A DNA stretch of 64,000 nt from Mobula hypostoma (Eukaryota): contig NC_086097.1 in the NCBI RefSeq assembly GCF_963921235.1, positions 203,858,001-203,922,000 of the forward strand, given 5' to 3'. Below the pieces are notes generated by a model. That model did no database searches, had not been told where the DNA came from, and worked only from the letters and a program-made list of their open reading frames with translations. Position 1 is the stretch's first letter. Each line of letters opens with the position of its first letter. Below, one piece after another: positions 50,901-64,000 of this stretch. The position numbers and the translations under genes are program-made.

Positions 50901-51602
50901 TTACCTAGGAATACAGGTCCATAGTTCACTGAAATAGTGTCACAGGTAGAGTCATAAAGAAAGCTTTTGGCATATTGACCTTCATAAATTAATGCATTGA
51001 GTACAGGAGGTGGGATGTTATGTTGAAGTTGTATAACACATTGGTGAGGCCTAATTTGAAGTATTGTGTGCAGTTTTGGTTATCTACCTACAAGAAAGAT
51101 ATAAAGAAGGTTGAAGAGTGCAGAGAGAATTTTACAAGGATGTTGCCAGGTCTGAAGGACTTAATTTATAAGGAAAGATCGAATAGGTCAGGACTTTATT
51201 CCTTGGAATGTGGGAGATTGAGAGGAGATCTGATAGAGTTATAGAAAATTATGATAGCTATAGGCAGGGTAAATGCAAGCAACCTTTTTCGACAGAGGTT
51301 AGGTAGGACTACAACCAGAGGCCATGGGTTAAGGGTGATAGGTGAAAAGTTTAAGGGGAACATGAGGGGAATCTCCTTCACTCGGAGGGCCGTGAGAGTG
51401 TGGAACGAGCTGCAAGCACAAGTGGTGCATGCAAGCTCAATTTCAGCGTTTAAGAGATGTTTGGATAGGTACATGGATGGTAGGGTTCTGGAAGGCTGTG
51501 GTCCCGGTGCAACTTGATGGGAGTAGGCAGTTTAAATGGTTCAGGATGGACAAGATGGGCCAAAGGACCTGTTTCTGTACTGTTATTTTAAATGACTCTG
51601 TA
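47975..51602 (+). mobile_element. Older CR1 (RT to 3' end) interrupted by Rex1
   Basis: EPKEMREILN...PVSLTSVVGKLLE; resumes at about 50664 (aatgagctggatgataatgtg); RPNLKYCVQFW. Confidence 0.9.
48922..50663 (-). mobile_element. Young Rex1/Babar LINE (RT plus 3' end), same subfamily as 46450-47315
   Basis: VALTSHIMKTLERL, DPFQFAY, FFDFSSAFNTI, TGAPQGTVLSPFLF, KFSDD; (GACTAT)n tail. Confidence 0.95.
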
Positions 51603-51927
51603 ACCCTATTAACTGATCACTCTATTCTTGTTATTTACAAATTGGTCACTGTATTCTTCCATCTAAAATTTTTGACTACATTTTGGCAGCACTTCATTGC
51701 TATTGGACATTCTAATGACTTAACAAGAAAGCAGAGAAATACAACTTCTTACATACTTTAAAATTTACAAATGCTCAGAGAACAAAAATAAATTATGGAT
51801 TTTGTAAATTCTTAGTTTTTGAATAGCTATTTATTCAAAAAAAAGCATTCTTCTAGATCCCCTAGCAACTGCTTCAGAAAGGGGAAAGAGGGCAAATATG
51901 TGGCAGTCTATATTGGCATAATCAGCA

Positions 51928-52362
51928 GTGAAGTGAGTTAGCAGCTTTAAATTCCTGGGCGTTAACATATCTGATGACCTGTCCTAGACCCAGCACAGAG
52001 ATATAATCATAAGAAAGGCGCGTCAGCATCTTTACTTTTTTAGGAGGTTAAAGAGATTAAGCTTGTCACTGAACACTCTTAACTTCTGCAGATGTACTGT
52101 TGAAAGTATCCTGATTGGTTGCATCATGGTTTGGCACAGCAATCTGAATATGCAGGAATGTAAGAAGGCACAGAGTGTAGTAGATTCATCCCAATACATC
52201 ATTGGTAGCATCTACATGAATTGCTGCCTTAAGAAGGCAACAAAGATCCTCTCCATCTGGAATAAACTATCTCCTCACAATGACAACTAGAGAGAAGATA
52301 CGAAAGTCTGAAGTCCCATAACATCAGGTTCAAGAGTAGCTACTTCCCTTCATCCATTCAGT
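51928..52362 (+). mobile_element. Degraded Rex1-type 3' fragment
   Basis: NFCRCTVESILIGCIMVW. Confidence 0.8.
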
Positions 52363-52809
52363 TCTGTCCTTGCTACCTTCTTCACTATCTTCATTTTTAA
52401 AGCTCAATTTTCCTCAATTTGTATCTCCTAAATACAGATTTTCAACTGTCAGCTGTGTTTTAGAGATTCTTGCCACTCCAGTCTCTCTGTGATCATGTCT
52501 CCCCTATGCAGGTTCAAGCTTTCTTCTGCTTCCTTTGTCTTAGTTTCTTCGTCACTATCTTCACAGCTAAAGTTCATCCACCGATGCCATATCTCTGCGA
52601 TTGCATTCCACATTTTTTTCATATCTATAATTTGTTTCCTACACATATTTGAACTTCCAGGATCCTTCTCACTTGCTCTATAACTGACAGATGCCTTGCT
52701 TATTTCATCATCTCCACCTTTGGCAGGCAATCTCAAAGGTATTGCTACAAATATCTACCTAGTAAGGGACCTTAAGGGTACCCAATCACGATAATCTTAT
52801 GTACTACAA

Positions 52810-54105
52810 CAGTTCCCCTCCACCACTACGCTCCTGCAGCTGGCAGAAATGGACCTCATACTTAACAATATCTCTTTCGGCTCCTCAAGGTGTAGCCATG
52901 GACACCTGCAGGGGCCCCAACTATACCTGTCTTTTCCTCAGCTACGTGGAACTGTCCATGTTCCAAGTCTCCCTGGTAATGTTCCCCAACTTTTTCTGCA
53001 CTGCATTGATAAATGCATTGGTGCTGCCTTATGCACCAGTATTATCTCGTCAACTTCAGCAACTTTGCCTTCAACTTCCACCTTGCCCTTAAATTTGCTA
53101 GGTCCATTTCTGATACCTCTCTCTCTCTCCCCTTTCTTGGTCTTTTGGTCTCCGTCTCTGGAGGCAAACTGTCTGCTGATATTTTTTATAAATTTATCGA
53201 CTCCCACAGCTATCTTGATTATACAGTACCTCTTCCCACACTGTCTCCTGTAAAAATGCCATTGCCTATCTCTGTTCCTTTGTCTTTGCCAAGTTCCTGG
53301 GATGAAGTTTCCTTTGAAGAATATCAAAGGTGCCCTCCTTCTTCAAAGAACAGAGTTTCCCTTCCTCCACCATTGCTGCTGCCTTCGCCCACATCTCCTC
53401 CATTTCCCGAACATCTGAACCTTCCCCATCTTCCCGCCACCTTAACAGGGATAGAGTTCCTCTTGTTCTCACCTACCACCCCAGGAGCACCCACATCCAG
53501 CACATCATTCTCGACAACTCCCACCATCTTCATCACCAAACACATATTTACCAACCCCACTCTCCGCTTTCCATGGTGATCACACGCTCTATGATTCCCT
53601 TGTCCATTAGTTCCTCCCCTCTGATCTCCCTCCTGGCATTTATCCCTGAAAGTAGAAGTGAACGCCTGCCCATTCACCTCTGCCCTCACCTCCGTTCAGA
53701 GCTCCAAACAATCCTTCCTGGTGAGGCAACACTTCACTTGTGAATACTTTGGGGTCATCTACTGTATCCAGTGCTCCCAATCTGGCCTCCTCTACGTTGG
53801 TGAGACCCAACGTAGACTGAGGGATCGCTTTGTCAACCACCTTTGCTCCATCCACAAAATGCAGGATTTCCCAGTGGCCAACCGTTTTAATTCCAATCCC
53901 CATTCCCATTCAGACATTCTATTGCTTCCTCTACTGCCAGAATGAGGTCACTCTCAGTTGGAGGAGATTTATATATTCCATCTGGATAGCCTCCAACCTG
54001 ATTGCATGAGCATTGATTTCTCCAACTTCCTGTAATTTCTCCCCTTCTCCCTTCCCTCATTTTCAATTCTCCATTCAAACCCCCCCCCCCCACCCTTACC
54101 TCTTC
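52810..54105 (+). mobile_element. Degraded Penelope-like element (RT C-terminus and GIY-YIG)
   Basis: GVAMDTC-GP, DSHSYLDY, RVPLVLTYHP, VIYCIQCSQSGLLYVGETQRRLRDRF. Confidence 0.9.
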
Positions 54106-54269
54106 AGCCTATCATGGGAGCCTGACATGGAATGATGAGCCTCATTCTTTGTTCAACCACACTGCAGATATTCAGACCACAAGTGGAGACGTGTTACGTT
54201 TGCAAACTCAGAATCTTGAAGCCAATGAAGACAGTCCGTGATGGTGGTGGAGTGTTTAAATTATGGAGA

Positions 54270-54590
54270 GCTGGACTAATGATCCCCAGAGCTGAGTTCA
54301 AGCCCCATTCCCCACCAATAGCAATCAAGAATAACTCTCCAGTGAAATAATCAATCATTAGCAGTGGTGACCACAAGGCTCCAGAATTGTTGTTAAATTC
54401 CATCTGTTTCATTACTGCACTTTGGAAAAAATTCCACTTTTTTTACCCAGTCTGCCCTTTATGTGATCCAAAGCCCACCAGCGCGGTTGACTCTTAATAA
54501 TCTCTAGCTAGGTAATTACTTCATGGACAATTGCAGATAGGCAGTAAAAGCTGATCTGCTTACATCCTGAAAAATTAATAAATAAAAAGA
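54270..54590 (+). mobile_element. Old SINE-like element
   Basis: B-box-like gagttcaagccc, gtggtgacca, cagcgcggttgactcttaa, A-rich end. Family recalled from shark repeats. Confidence 0.45.
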
Positions 54591-55184
54591 ATACTTACAA
54601 ATCTGGAAAACTAGCAAAGCTGTCGGAGTTGATGAATAGCTGACCACAAAAAAAAACTGTTGTTATGACCTGCAAAAATTAGGGGTCCACTTTTATTATC
54701 GAAAAATATGTTCACATAGATGGAAGTACAATTTGTGCCAATGGCAAGTTTAGATGTTATTGAAGAGGAATGTGAGTGATGAAGATATGATATTCAGCTC
54801 TCCAAGTTATCTGGAAGTATTCTCCCAGAGGAAAAGAAAATAATTTTGTGACTTTTAAAAATTCTGGGAGAGTATTAAGCAATATGATTTCACATAGAAG
54901 TGCTGTACGTACTTGAAATGTGACTTAAAAATAGTTGTAGGTTGGTTCTTCATGAGGTCAAAGTAATGGAAGTAGAATCATCTGCTGCAGTAATAAACTG
55001 TGCAATGTCCAAAGGAAGTGTTAATCATTATTAACATTGATAACTTCCAGCAGATGTTATGCTTTTGGACTTAACAAGAAGGTTTAACAAATATCATTAG
55101 ACCTTGTTGTTTTGCTTTTTTGAAAGAAAGTCTGGAAAATATGATCTTTGCAAACAGACCAGAAAGCTTGCATTTCAGCTGTTA

Positions 55185-56020
55185 GGCCATAAGAATATAA
55201 GAGACAGAAGTAGGAGTATATGAGTAGGACCCGTGAGCCTGCACTGTCATCCATTAAAATTTGAGGTCTTAACCTCAATACCACTCCCCTATTTTCTCCC
55301 AATGCCCCTTAACTATCTCGTAATTCAAATACCTGTTAAATTCTGCCTTAAATATCTCAACGACCACCTCTACACCTCACTAGATATTGAATTCCAGAGA
55401 TTCCTGACCTCTGAAGGAGAAATTCCACCACATCCCCGTCCTAAATAGATGCTTATTCCGAAACGTGTCCCTTTAGTTCTGGATACCCCACAAGGGAAAA
55501 AGTTTCCTGTAAATCCCTTCAGAATCTTACATCTTGGTAAGATTACTTCTTGTTCTTTTAAACTCCAAGAAACAGTTTACCCAGCTTTCAGGAATCAACC
55601 TTCTTTGAACTGCCTCTGATTTAAGTATATCCTCCCTTAAATATGGAGACAAAAGCCAACTGTAGTATTTTCGGTGTGGCTCTAGAAGCTCCATATATAA
55701 TTTACCAACATTTATACTCCTAACCCTTGCAATAAAGACCAACATTCCATCAACCTAATTCCTTGTTCTAGCTGCATGTCAAACCCTTGTATTACATGAA
55801 ATAGGGTTCCCATATTTCTTTACACCAAAGCATTCTATAGCCTCACTTTATTAACTTATAATTTATTTGTTCTTCCAAAGTTGACAACCTCACATTTTCT
55901 TATATTGCATCTATTAACTCTTTCCCATTCACTTAAGCTACTTATATCCCTTTCTGTGTTGACCTCACAACCCATTGATAACAAATTTGGTAACAGTCCA
56001 CTTGATCTCTTCAGCCAAGT
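55185..56020 (-). mobile_element. Old CR1 3' fragment
   Basis: SPYLREDILKSEAVQRR (ORF 55527..55745); tail complement ccataagaatataagag. Confidence 0.7.
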
Positions 56021-57019
56021 CATTCAGGGTGGTGGTGAGAACCTCGAGTCTGTACATCGGGAGTAGACAGAGGCCCTATGTTACTAGCAGGAAGAGCAGG
56101 CCACTTCACATGCTACCCATCCTTCAGTCCTATCAGGTTGCCCATCTGTCACTGCCGGCAGGAACCATGTTAAACTTATCAGTCCCCCCAAGACAATAAG
56201 CATGTCACCTCAGTCCAAGGGGATGATATCATCCCTGTTCTGGCCAGCAGAGGCAGGACAGCAGGACTCTGACATCAGATGGCAGAAATCCACTGACTTC
56301 CAATGCAGCATGATGGGACCTAGAATATGAAAATGAACTATACCATACCATCAGTGGAAAGAGTATTTCAAAGATACTATACCTGTAACCAAATGAAGGA
56401 GACAAATATGATTTTTAATTAACAAGATAATCATTCAAAATAAAAAACTTATTTATAAGAATAAACCTTTCAATGTCTTTTCATTCTTTACATTCATGGT
56501 CAATGCTCTCTGTGGTGTTCTAACGCATCCATACACACGTCAATAGCACTGCTACCACTCAGGTGGCACACTGGGGTGGTGAAATGCTACACTAATAATT
56601 GAGGGGCTTCCTCTACCAACATAGGCCCTCCCTCCCTCTCCAGTAGGAGAAGGACCCAGTGCTGTTGTCCTTCCCCACTGGGCCCTTGGTGCCACCTCTA
56701 TATCAACAGGTTAAGCTCTTACTGGCCCCTTGATCGTGATGAGTCCATTTCTCGTCCTCACTTCTGACGTCCTCAGCGATTCATCATGATACTGCACTTG
56801 AACTTAGCTGAAAGGAAAAATAATCAAAATCTTTATTGAAATTATTCCAGTGGAGATGGCACTGGCAAAACATGAAGTAGCTTTACAGACAACAAAACAA
56901 ATGACTAATTTTTTAATTAACTACACTTTCTCTGAATGACAATCACTGCATTTCACAACCTGTAATTTCCCCTTGCGAGTTATGATTTTGAACCACCCGT
57001 ACGACCTGGCATTTATGCA

Positions 57020-58484
57020 ATATTCTGAAGGATTCAGAAAACTGGACTCTTGAAAATGCAGGTATGGCTGAGGTAGCCATTGCTGGAGTGGATGGGGCTG
57101 AACTGAAGAGACGTGGCCCGGGCCCCAAAGGTGAAAAATAAACCGGAGTCTGGCTGATTTAAGCACCAAGCCAGATTAAGAAGATCAAGGCATCATGGTT
57201 GACAGCAAAGCACAAAATTACTATTCTGTGAGGTCTGCTTGCTTCAGCACTGAACAGACTCTGCAGCTGTGGCCTGCAACCATTTTCACTTGGCTTCAAC
57301 TGGCTTCACGTGCCTCAGCACTAAACTGGCTCCGTGGCTGTGGAATCATTTTCAGGGACTCTGCAGTTCATGTTCTATGTATTATTTGTTTACTTTTTAC
57401 TTGTTTGCATGGTTAGTTCCTTTTTCAAAGTTCAAAGTTCAAAATAAATTATCAAAGTACATATACAACCCTGAGATTTGTCTTTTTGCGGGCATACACA
57501 GTAAATCCAAGAGACACAATAGAATCAACGAAAGACTGCACCCAAAATGATGGACAAACATGCAAAAGACAAGAAACTGTACAAATAAAAATGCAAAAAA
57601 AATCATTAATAAATAAGCAATAAATATCAAGATCATGAGATGAAGAGTCCTTGAAAGTGAATCCATGGGCTGTGGGAACATTTCGGTGAGTGAAGTTAAC
57701 CCCTCTGGTTCAAGAACCTGATGGTTGAGCAGTAATAACTGTTTCTAAACCTGGTGATGTGTGTCCTAAGGGTCCTGTACCTCTTTTGGGATGGCAGCAG
57801 CAAAAAGAGAGCATTGCCTGGGTGGTGGGTATCCTTCATGATGGATGTGTAGATGTGCTCAATGGTGGGGAGAGCTTTATCAGTGATGGAATAGGCCATA
57901 TCCACTACCTTTTGTAGGACTTTCCATTCAAGGACATTGGTTTTTCCATAGCAGGCTGTGATGTAACCAGTTAATATACTCTCCACCACAAATCTATAGA
58001 AGTTTGTCAATGTTTTAGATGTCATGCCAAACCTTTGCAAACTTCTAAGGGAGCAGAGGTACTGCCGTGCTTTCTTCATTAAAATATTGATGTGCTGGGC
58101 CCAGGACAGATCTTCTGAACTGATAACACCAAGACATTTAAAGCTGCTGACCCTCTTCATCTCTGATTCCCCTAATGATGACTGGCTCATGGACCTCCAG
58201 TTTCCTCCTCCTGAAGTTATTAATCAGCTCCTTGGTCTTGCAGACATTGAGTGAGAACTTGTTGTTGTGGCACCACTCATCCAGATTTTCAATCTTCCCT
58301 CTATATGCTGATTTCTCCCTCCTATATTTTTCGCACAATGGGTGTTTTGATGGTTTTTGTTGTGTGGGTTTTTTTCTAATGGGTTCTGCTGTGTTTCTGT
58401 GTTTAGTGGTTGTCTGCGGAAAGATGAATTCCAATGTTGTATATAGTCTATTTTCTTCGGTAATAAACGTACTTTGAACTTTGA
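57020..58484 (+). mobile_element. Non-autonomous retroposon family B, split by Rex1 (57425-58318)
   Basis: The T-rich 3' region stops at about 57424 and resumes at about 58325, ending aataaacgtactttgaactttga. 5' limit uncertain. Confidence 0.55.
57425..58318 (-). mobile_element. Rex1-type LINE 3' fragment
   Basis: FKCLGVISSEDLSW, VESILTGYITACYG; tail complement tcaaagttcaaagttcaaa. Confidence 0.9.
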
Positions 58485-59399
58485 TCCATAAGAGTCCTCC
58501 TCTTGGGGCTGTTTCCCCATCGAATGCACAATGGGTATATGTGGTAATGCCAGCAGGTCCTACTTTGGATTTGCCAGCTACGTCTAACCTTAGAGAAAGG
58601 AACATCCTCAGTCATGGTTGACTACAAAGGAAGTAGGGAAATTATGATGATAGAGCCCTGTTTCCAAGAAATCTGTGTTGCAGCGCTATACTTGTCAGAA
58701 GGCCTAAAACAAATTGCATGCATAGAAGTGTCTGCCTTAATCATTCTCACACAAACACCAGCAACTTTGATGTGTGTTGCTCACACAAACTGATTTATGT
58801 TTACTATCTTATTTTTAACTAGAACCCAGTTAATATGGAATAAAATCAATTGGACCTAATCTTCATAAACACGTGAAACTGCAAAAGGTACACAGATCAG
58901 ATAGCATTCGTGAGTAGTATAGACAGTATCTTTTTCTGATTTATCGCTTGGTGTATTGGATATGAAAATGAAGGATGATGTGTGATCACTGTAACAAGAG
59001 AGTGAAATGGCAAATCCCACACAGTCTGCCAAATGAGCTACCGACGGTGCCCCAGGCAGAGCTGTGTGTTAAATATCCATACAGACATGAAGTGAAAGTG
59101 TAATTATGGCACAGATTTCCCCTGCCAATAGGTCATCTTTCAAAGGCCTACCAATGGCTCCAGGCCACTAACAATTGGGTGCCTGTGAGACAGATCCACG
59201 ACTGACCTACAGCAGCAGGCCTGCAACCACTTTGGAGCACAGGTAGAGCATACAGGCATGAAACAGGGGAGAATGGAGGTGGAGGCTGGTGGGCATATTT
59301 ATGAATTAGGAAGAATTAATACTTTAAAAATGTAATTGGAAATTATAAACTGACTGCAGCCATTACATTTGTACTGAAAGACCTTTAAATGAAGAACAT

Positions 59400-61890
59400 T
59401 CTTAGAGCCAGAAAATATCTTTTGGAGCATAAATAATGTTTTAATGATTAAGCCATGACCAGCTGTGGACACCTCCAGACCGTGAATTTCATTCCCACCA
59501 GCTCCGGTTCCAATGTCCTTGGACGCCTTCAGAACACTAATTATGTGGCCTCTAGCTCTGGCTCTGGCCCAGACCTCGACTGCCACCACCTCAAGGTTGA
59601 GACCTTCCTCGCTGCCAAGCAACCCTTCCCCTACCACCACTCTCCAACACCAGATCTCTCAGGCTCCCTGTCTCCTCTTGGGTCCTCAGGGCCTCCATCT
59701 TCATTCTACCCTACCTTCCCTGAATATCCCAATCCTCCCCCTTCCTCTGATGCAATCAACTCTCCTCCCCCATTTGACCCCAGCTCTAGTCCCTGCAGTG
59801 CCTTCACCATTCCCTCTGAACTTCCACTCTCTGAGATGAAACATTCTGCCCTCAGCAAGGGCTTTGCCTTTGTCCCCCATTGCCTGCACCTCAGTGAGTT
59901 CCGTGCCCGACACGACGCTGAGCTCTTCTTCCATCGCCTCCATCTCTGAGCCCACATCTATGGCTAGACTTCCCCAACCCACACTGGTGATCCCTTTTCC
60001 CGTCTCCAAGCCTCCTCTTCATCTTAGGCAATCTGGTCTGGTTCACTGCCTGCTCTGGATCTTTTCATCTCCAATTGGTGATGAGAAACATCCGGCTCGA
60101 CTTCAGCACTCCTCTCTCCTCCTTGAAACTCAGCTCTGAACACATTGCTTTCAACTCTCACCTCAGCAATCTCAACCTTATCATCGAACCTGCAGACAAA
60201 CGGGCTGCTGTTGTAGTGTGGGGCACTGACCTCTACCTTCCTGAGACGAGGTCACAACCTTCAGACACCCCTTCTTACTTACCCTTTGTAAAGGACCCTA
60301 ATCTGGACCATCAGATAATTGTCTCTGACACCATCACTAACCTTATTGACTCAGGAGAGCTCCCATCCACTGCCACCAAACCCATAGTTCTCTTACCTGG
60401 GACTGCTCACTTCTACCTCCTGCCCAGGATCCACAAACCTCACTGTCCAGGTACGGCCATTGTCTCTGCCTGGTCCTACCCCACTTAACTCATGCCTGCA
60501 TGTCTCAAATCTGTTCTATGACCCTTCGTTCAGTCCCTTCCCATGTACATTTACAGCACAAGACACGCTCTTGATCTCCTAAACAACTTCCAAATTCCTG
60601 GCCCTGCTTGCCTCATTTTCATCATGGATGTCCAGTCCCTATTCTTCTATGCCCCATCAAGAAGGCCTTAAAGCTCTCCGCTTCTTTCTCAACTAAAGAC
60701 CCAACCAGTTCCCTTCCATCACCCTGTCAGAACTGGTCCTCACCCTCAACAATTTCTGCTTTGGTGCCTCCCACTTTCTCCAAACTCAAGGGGTAGCCAT
60801 GGGCATCCACACAGACTCCAGCTATGCCTGCCTTTTCCTCAGCTATGTAGAACAGTTCATGTTCCAAGCCTTCCCGAGTAATATTCCCCAACTCTTCCTC
60901 CGCTATGTTGATAAATGCATTGGTGCTGCTTCATGCACCCAAACTGATCTCGTCAATTTCAGCATCTTTACCTCCTACTTCCACCCTGCCCTTAAATTCA
61001 TTTGGTCCATTTCTGACACGTCTCTCCTCTTTCTAGATCTCTCTGTCTCCAACTCTGGAGACAAACCTACTGATTCCAACAGCTACCTTGACTATACCTC
61101 TTCCCACCCTGTTTCCTGTAAAAATGCTATTCCCTTTTCTCAATTCCTTCGTCTCCACCACATATTTCCAGAATAAGGTTTTCGTTGACAGGATTTCAGA
61201 GATGTCCTCCTTCTTCAAAGAACGGGATACAGCATCGATGCTACCCTCACCCACATCTCCTCCATTTCTTGGACATCTGCACTCACCCCATCTTTCCGCC
61301 CCTTAACAGAGTTAGAGTTTCTCTTGTCCTTACCTACCATCCCATGAGCCTCTGCATCCAACACATAATTCTCTGCAACATCCAGCATCTCCAAAGGGAT
61401 CCTAACACCAAACACAACCTTACCTACACTCTCCCCTACACGCCACTTTCTGCAGGGATCACTCACCCCGTGATTCCCTCGTCCATTCGTCCCTCCCCAT
61501 TAATCTTCTAACTGGCACATATGCCTGCAAGTGACAGAAGAGGAAACCTCTCCATCCACCTCCTCCTTCACCTCCACTCAGAGCCCCAAACTGTGCTTCC
61601 AGGTGAGGCAACACTTCACCTGTGAATCTGCTGGGGTCGTCTATTGTATCCAGTGCTCCTGATGTGGCCTCCTCTACATTGGTTAGACCTGATGTAAATT
61701 GGGAGACTACTTTATTGAGCATCTCCGCTCCATCTACCAAAAACAGAATTTCCCAGTGGCCAAACATTTTCATTCTGATTCCCATTCCCATTCCAACATG
61801 TTCTCTTCTTTTACCACAATAAGGCCATTTCATATTTCGCCTAAGTAGCCCCCAACCTGATGGCATGAGGGTCAATTTTTCCTTCAGGCA
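59400..61890 (+). mobile_element. Near full-length degraded Penelope-like ORF (N-terminal domain, RT, GIY-YIG)
   Basis: LSKGFAF, IIEPADKRAAVVVW, FYLLPRIHKP, MDVQSL, LRYVDKCIG, DSNSYLDY, and VVYCIQC...LYIG at about 61620-61700. Confidence 0.92.
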
Positions 61891-61914
61891 TTTTTTCTCC
61901 CACCTTTTCCTTCG

Positions 61915-63408
61915 TCGTTTGAAGGGAGGAAGAGCTTAGGAGGATTAATGGTGCCTAATAGCGACTCCTTTACTTGTACCTTCAGAAACAGCTGATGAGT
62001 TTGAGTACAGAGAGGAAATTAAGAACCTGGTGGCATGGTGAGAAGACAATAACCTATCCTTCAATGTCAGCAAGATGAAGGAATTGGTTGTTGACTTCAG
62101 AAGGAGTAGTGGACCGCACAACCCAATTTACATCGGTGGTGCGCAAGTGGAACAGGTCAAAAGCTTTAAGTTCCTTAGGGTCAATATCACAAATGACCTG
62201 ACTTGGTCCAACCAAGCAGAGTCCACTGCCAAGAAGGTCCACCAGTGCCTTTACTTCCTGAGAAAACTAAAGGAATTCGGCCTGTCCCCTAAAACCCTCA
62301 CTAATTTTTATAGATGCACCATAGAAAGCATTCTTCTAGGGTGCATCACAACCTGGTATGGAAGTTGTCCTGTCCAAGACCGGAAGAAGTTGCAGAAGAT
62401 CGTGAACATGGCACAGCACATCACACAAACTAATCTTCTGTCCATGGACTCACTTTACTCCGCATGCTGTCGGAGCAGTCCTGCCAGGATAATCAAGGAC
62501 ACGACCCACCCAGCCAACACACTTTTCGTCCCTCTTCTCTCCGGGAGAAGGCTCAGGAGCTTGAAGATTCGTACAGCCAGATTTGAGAACAGCTTCTTTC
62601 CAATTGTGATAAGATTGCTGAATGGATCCTGACCCGGATCTGGGCCGTACCTTCCAAGTATCCGCACCTGCCTCTCAGTTCTTTTTTTGCACTACCTTAC
62701 TTTCCATTTTCCTATTTTCTATTTATGATTCCTAATTTAAATTTTTAATATTTACTATTGATTTTTAATCCAGGGAGCAGGAAGCACAGAATCAAATATC
62801 ACTGTGATGATTGTACGTTCCAGTATCAATTGTTTGGTGACAATAAAGTATAAAGTATAAAGTATTTCCATCTTTAATATCTCTATTTTCCCCTCTCAGG
62901 GTTCTTTTGAAAACCCTGACCTGCAGTTACTTGCTGACTACTGTTCTTTGCGGGAATGGGACCTGCTCTCGGGGTTTCACGACTGGCCGTTATTCGGCAT
63001 GCCAAGGGCTCGGCCTAAGAGCTCAGCTTGCCTTCGGAGGGCCGAGATCTCATGGCTCTGAAGGTCAGTATCTGGTCAGATCAGTGTGTCATGGGAGATG
63101 GAAGATCTAAGGCCGTGTGCCCTGAGACCGGAGATCTTTGTTCATAGAGCTTGGAAAAAGTGACAAAATGATTTTTAACATAGTAATCCAATGAGTTGTT
63201 TGTTATGTCTCCCCTCTCGCTGTGAAACAGAGACAGCTAATAAGGGAGAGAGAGAGAGAGCCAGAGAGAGAGCCTGTGTTATGTTGAATGCCCGGTGAAC
63301 AAGTAGTCTTTGGATTACTGCAAGTCTGTGTCTTTGCTGTTGCTTTGCTCACGCTTGAGTGCTTGGTGGCAGGTGCCGATGCTGTATTTGCCGGTGGGGG
63401 GAGGGGGG
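61915..63408 (+). mobile_element. Non-autonomous family A (copy 3), split by Rex1 and cut by CR1
   Basis: 62865-63408 is collinear with 44915-45480. 61915-61993 is inferred to be its 5' end. Confidence 0.7.
61994..62864 (+). mobile_element. Rex1-type LINE 3' fragment
   Basis: ORF 62075..62632 KELVVDFRR...LYFLRKL...ESILLGCITTWYG; (TAAAGTA)x3 tail. Confidence 0.93.
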
Positions 63409-64000
63409 ATAGAAACATAGAAACATAGAAAATAGGTGCAGGAGTAGGCCATTCGGCCCTTCGAGCCTGCACCGCCATTTATTATGATCATGGCTGATCA
63501 TCCAACTCAGAACCCCACCCCAGCCTTCCCTCCATACCCCCTGACCCCCGTAGCCACAAGGGCCATATCTAACTCCCTCTTAAATATAGCCAATGAACTG
63601 GCCTCAACAGTTTCCTGTGGCAGAGAATTCCACAGATTCACCACTCTCTGTGTGAAGAAGTTTTTCCTAATCTCGGTCCTAAAAGGCTTCCCCTCTATCC
63701 TCAAACTGTGACCCCTCGTTCTGGACTTCCCCAACATCGGGAACAATCTTCCTGCATCTAGCCTGTCCAATCCCTTTAGGATCTTATACGTTTCAATCAG
63801 ATCCCCCCTCAATCTTCTAAATTCCAATGAGTACAAGCCCAATTCATCCAGTCTTTCTTCATATGAAAGTCCCGCCATCCCAGGAATCAATCTGGTGAAC
63901 CTTCTTTGTACTCCCTCTATGGCAAAGATGTCTTTCCTCAGATTAGGGGACCAAAACTGCACACAATACTCCAGGTGTGGTCTCACCAAGGCCTTGTACA
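63409..64000 (-). mobile_element. Young CR1 3' end (runs off the window), same subfamily as 2183-4759
   Basis: ORF 63507..63989 is nearly identical to 4063..4662; tail complement atagaaacatagaaacatag. Confidence 0.97.

Noticed and set aside
52449..52736. 95-aa charged ORF as an exon or ORF1 remnant
   Set aside because: No recognisable motif, and the length is compatible with chance.
58486..58605. Minus-strand coding exon (LDVAGKSKVGPAG...)
   Set aside because: No donor site before it runs into a repeat tail, and no recognised protein.

Overview
Vertebrate genomic DNA, most consistent with a cartilaginous fish (ray/shark-type repeat landscape; inference). I found no intact host protein-coding gene, rRNA, true tRNA or CRISPR array. 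The window is an intergenic or intronic stretch densely filled with nested retroelements: young and old CR1 LINEs, Rex1/Babar-type LINE 3' fragments, Penelope-like elements (PLEs) with minimal hammerhead-ribozyme motifs, a decayed CsRn1-clade Gypsy element, two solo LTRs, an RTE relic, a HERO-type RLE fragment, V-, CORE- and Deu-type SINEs, and two non-autonomous families with no visible Pol III head. The clearest host-derived feature is a full-length YBX1-like processed pseudogene (32072-33483, minus) with a perfect 16-bp target-site duplication (TSD). Other highlights are palindromic PLE units carrying a hammerhead on each strand and several small templated-insertion scars. I see no convincing new multi-gene system. 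Boundaries of degraded repeats are approximate and family names come from motif recognition, not database searches.
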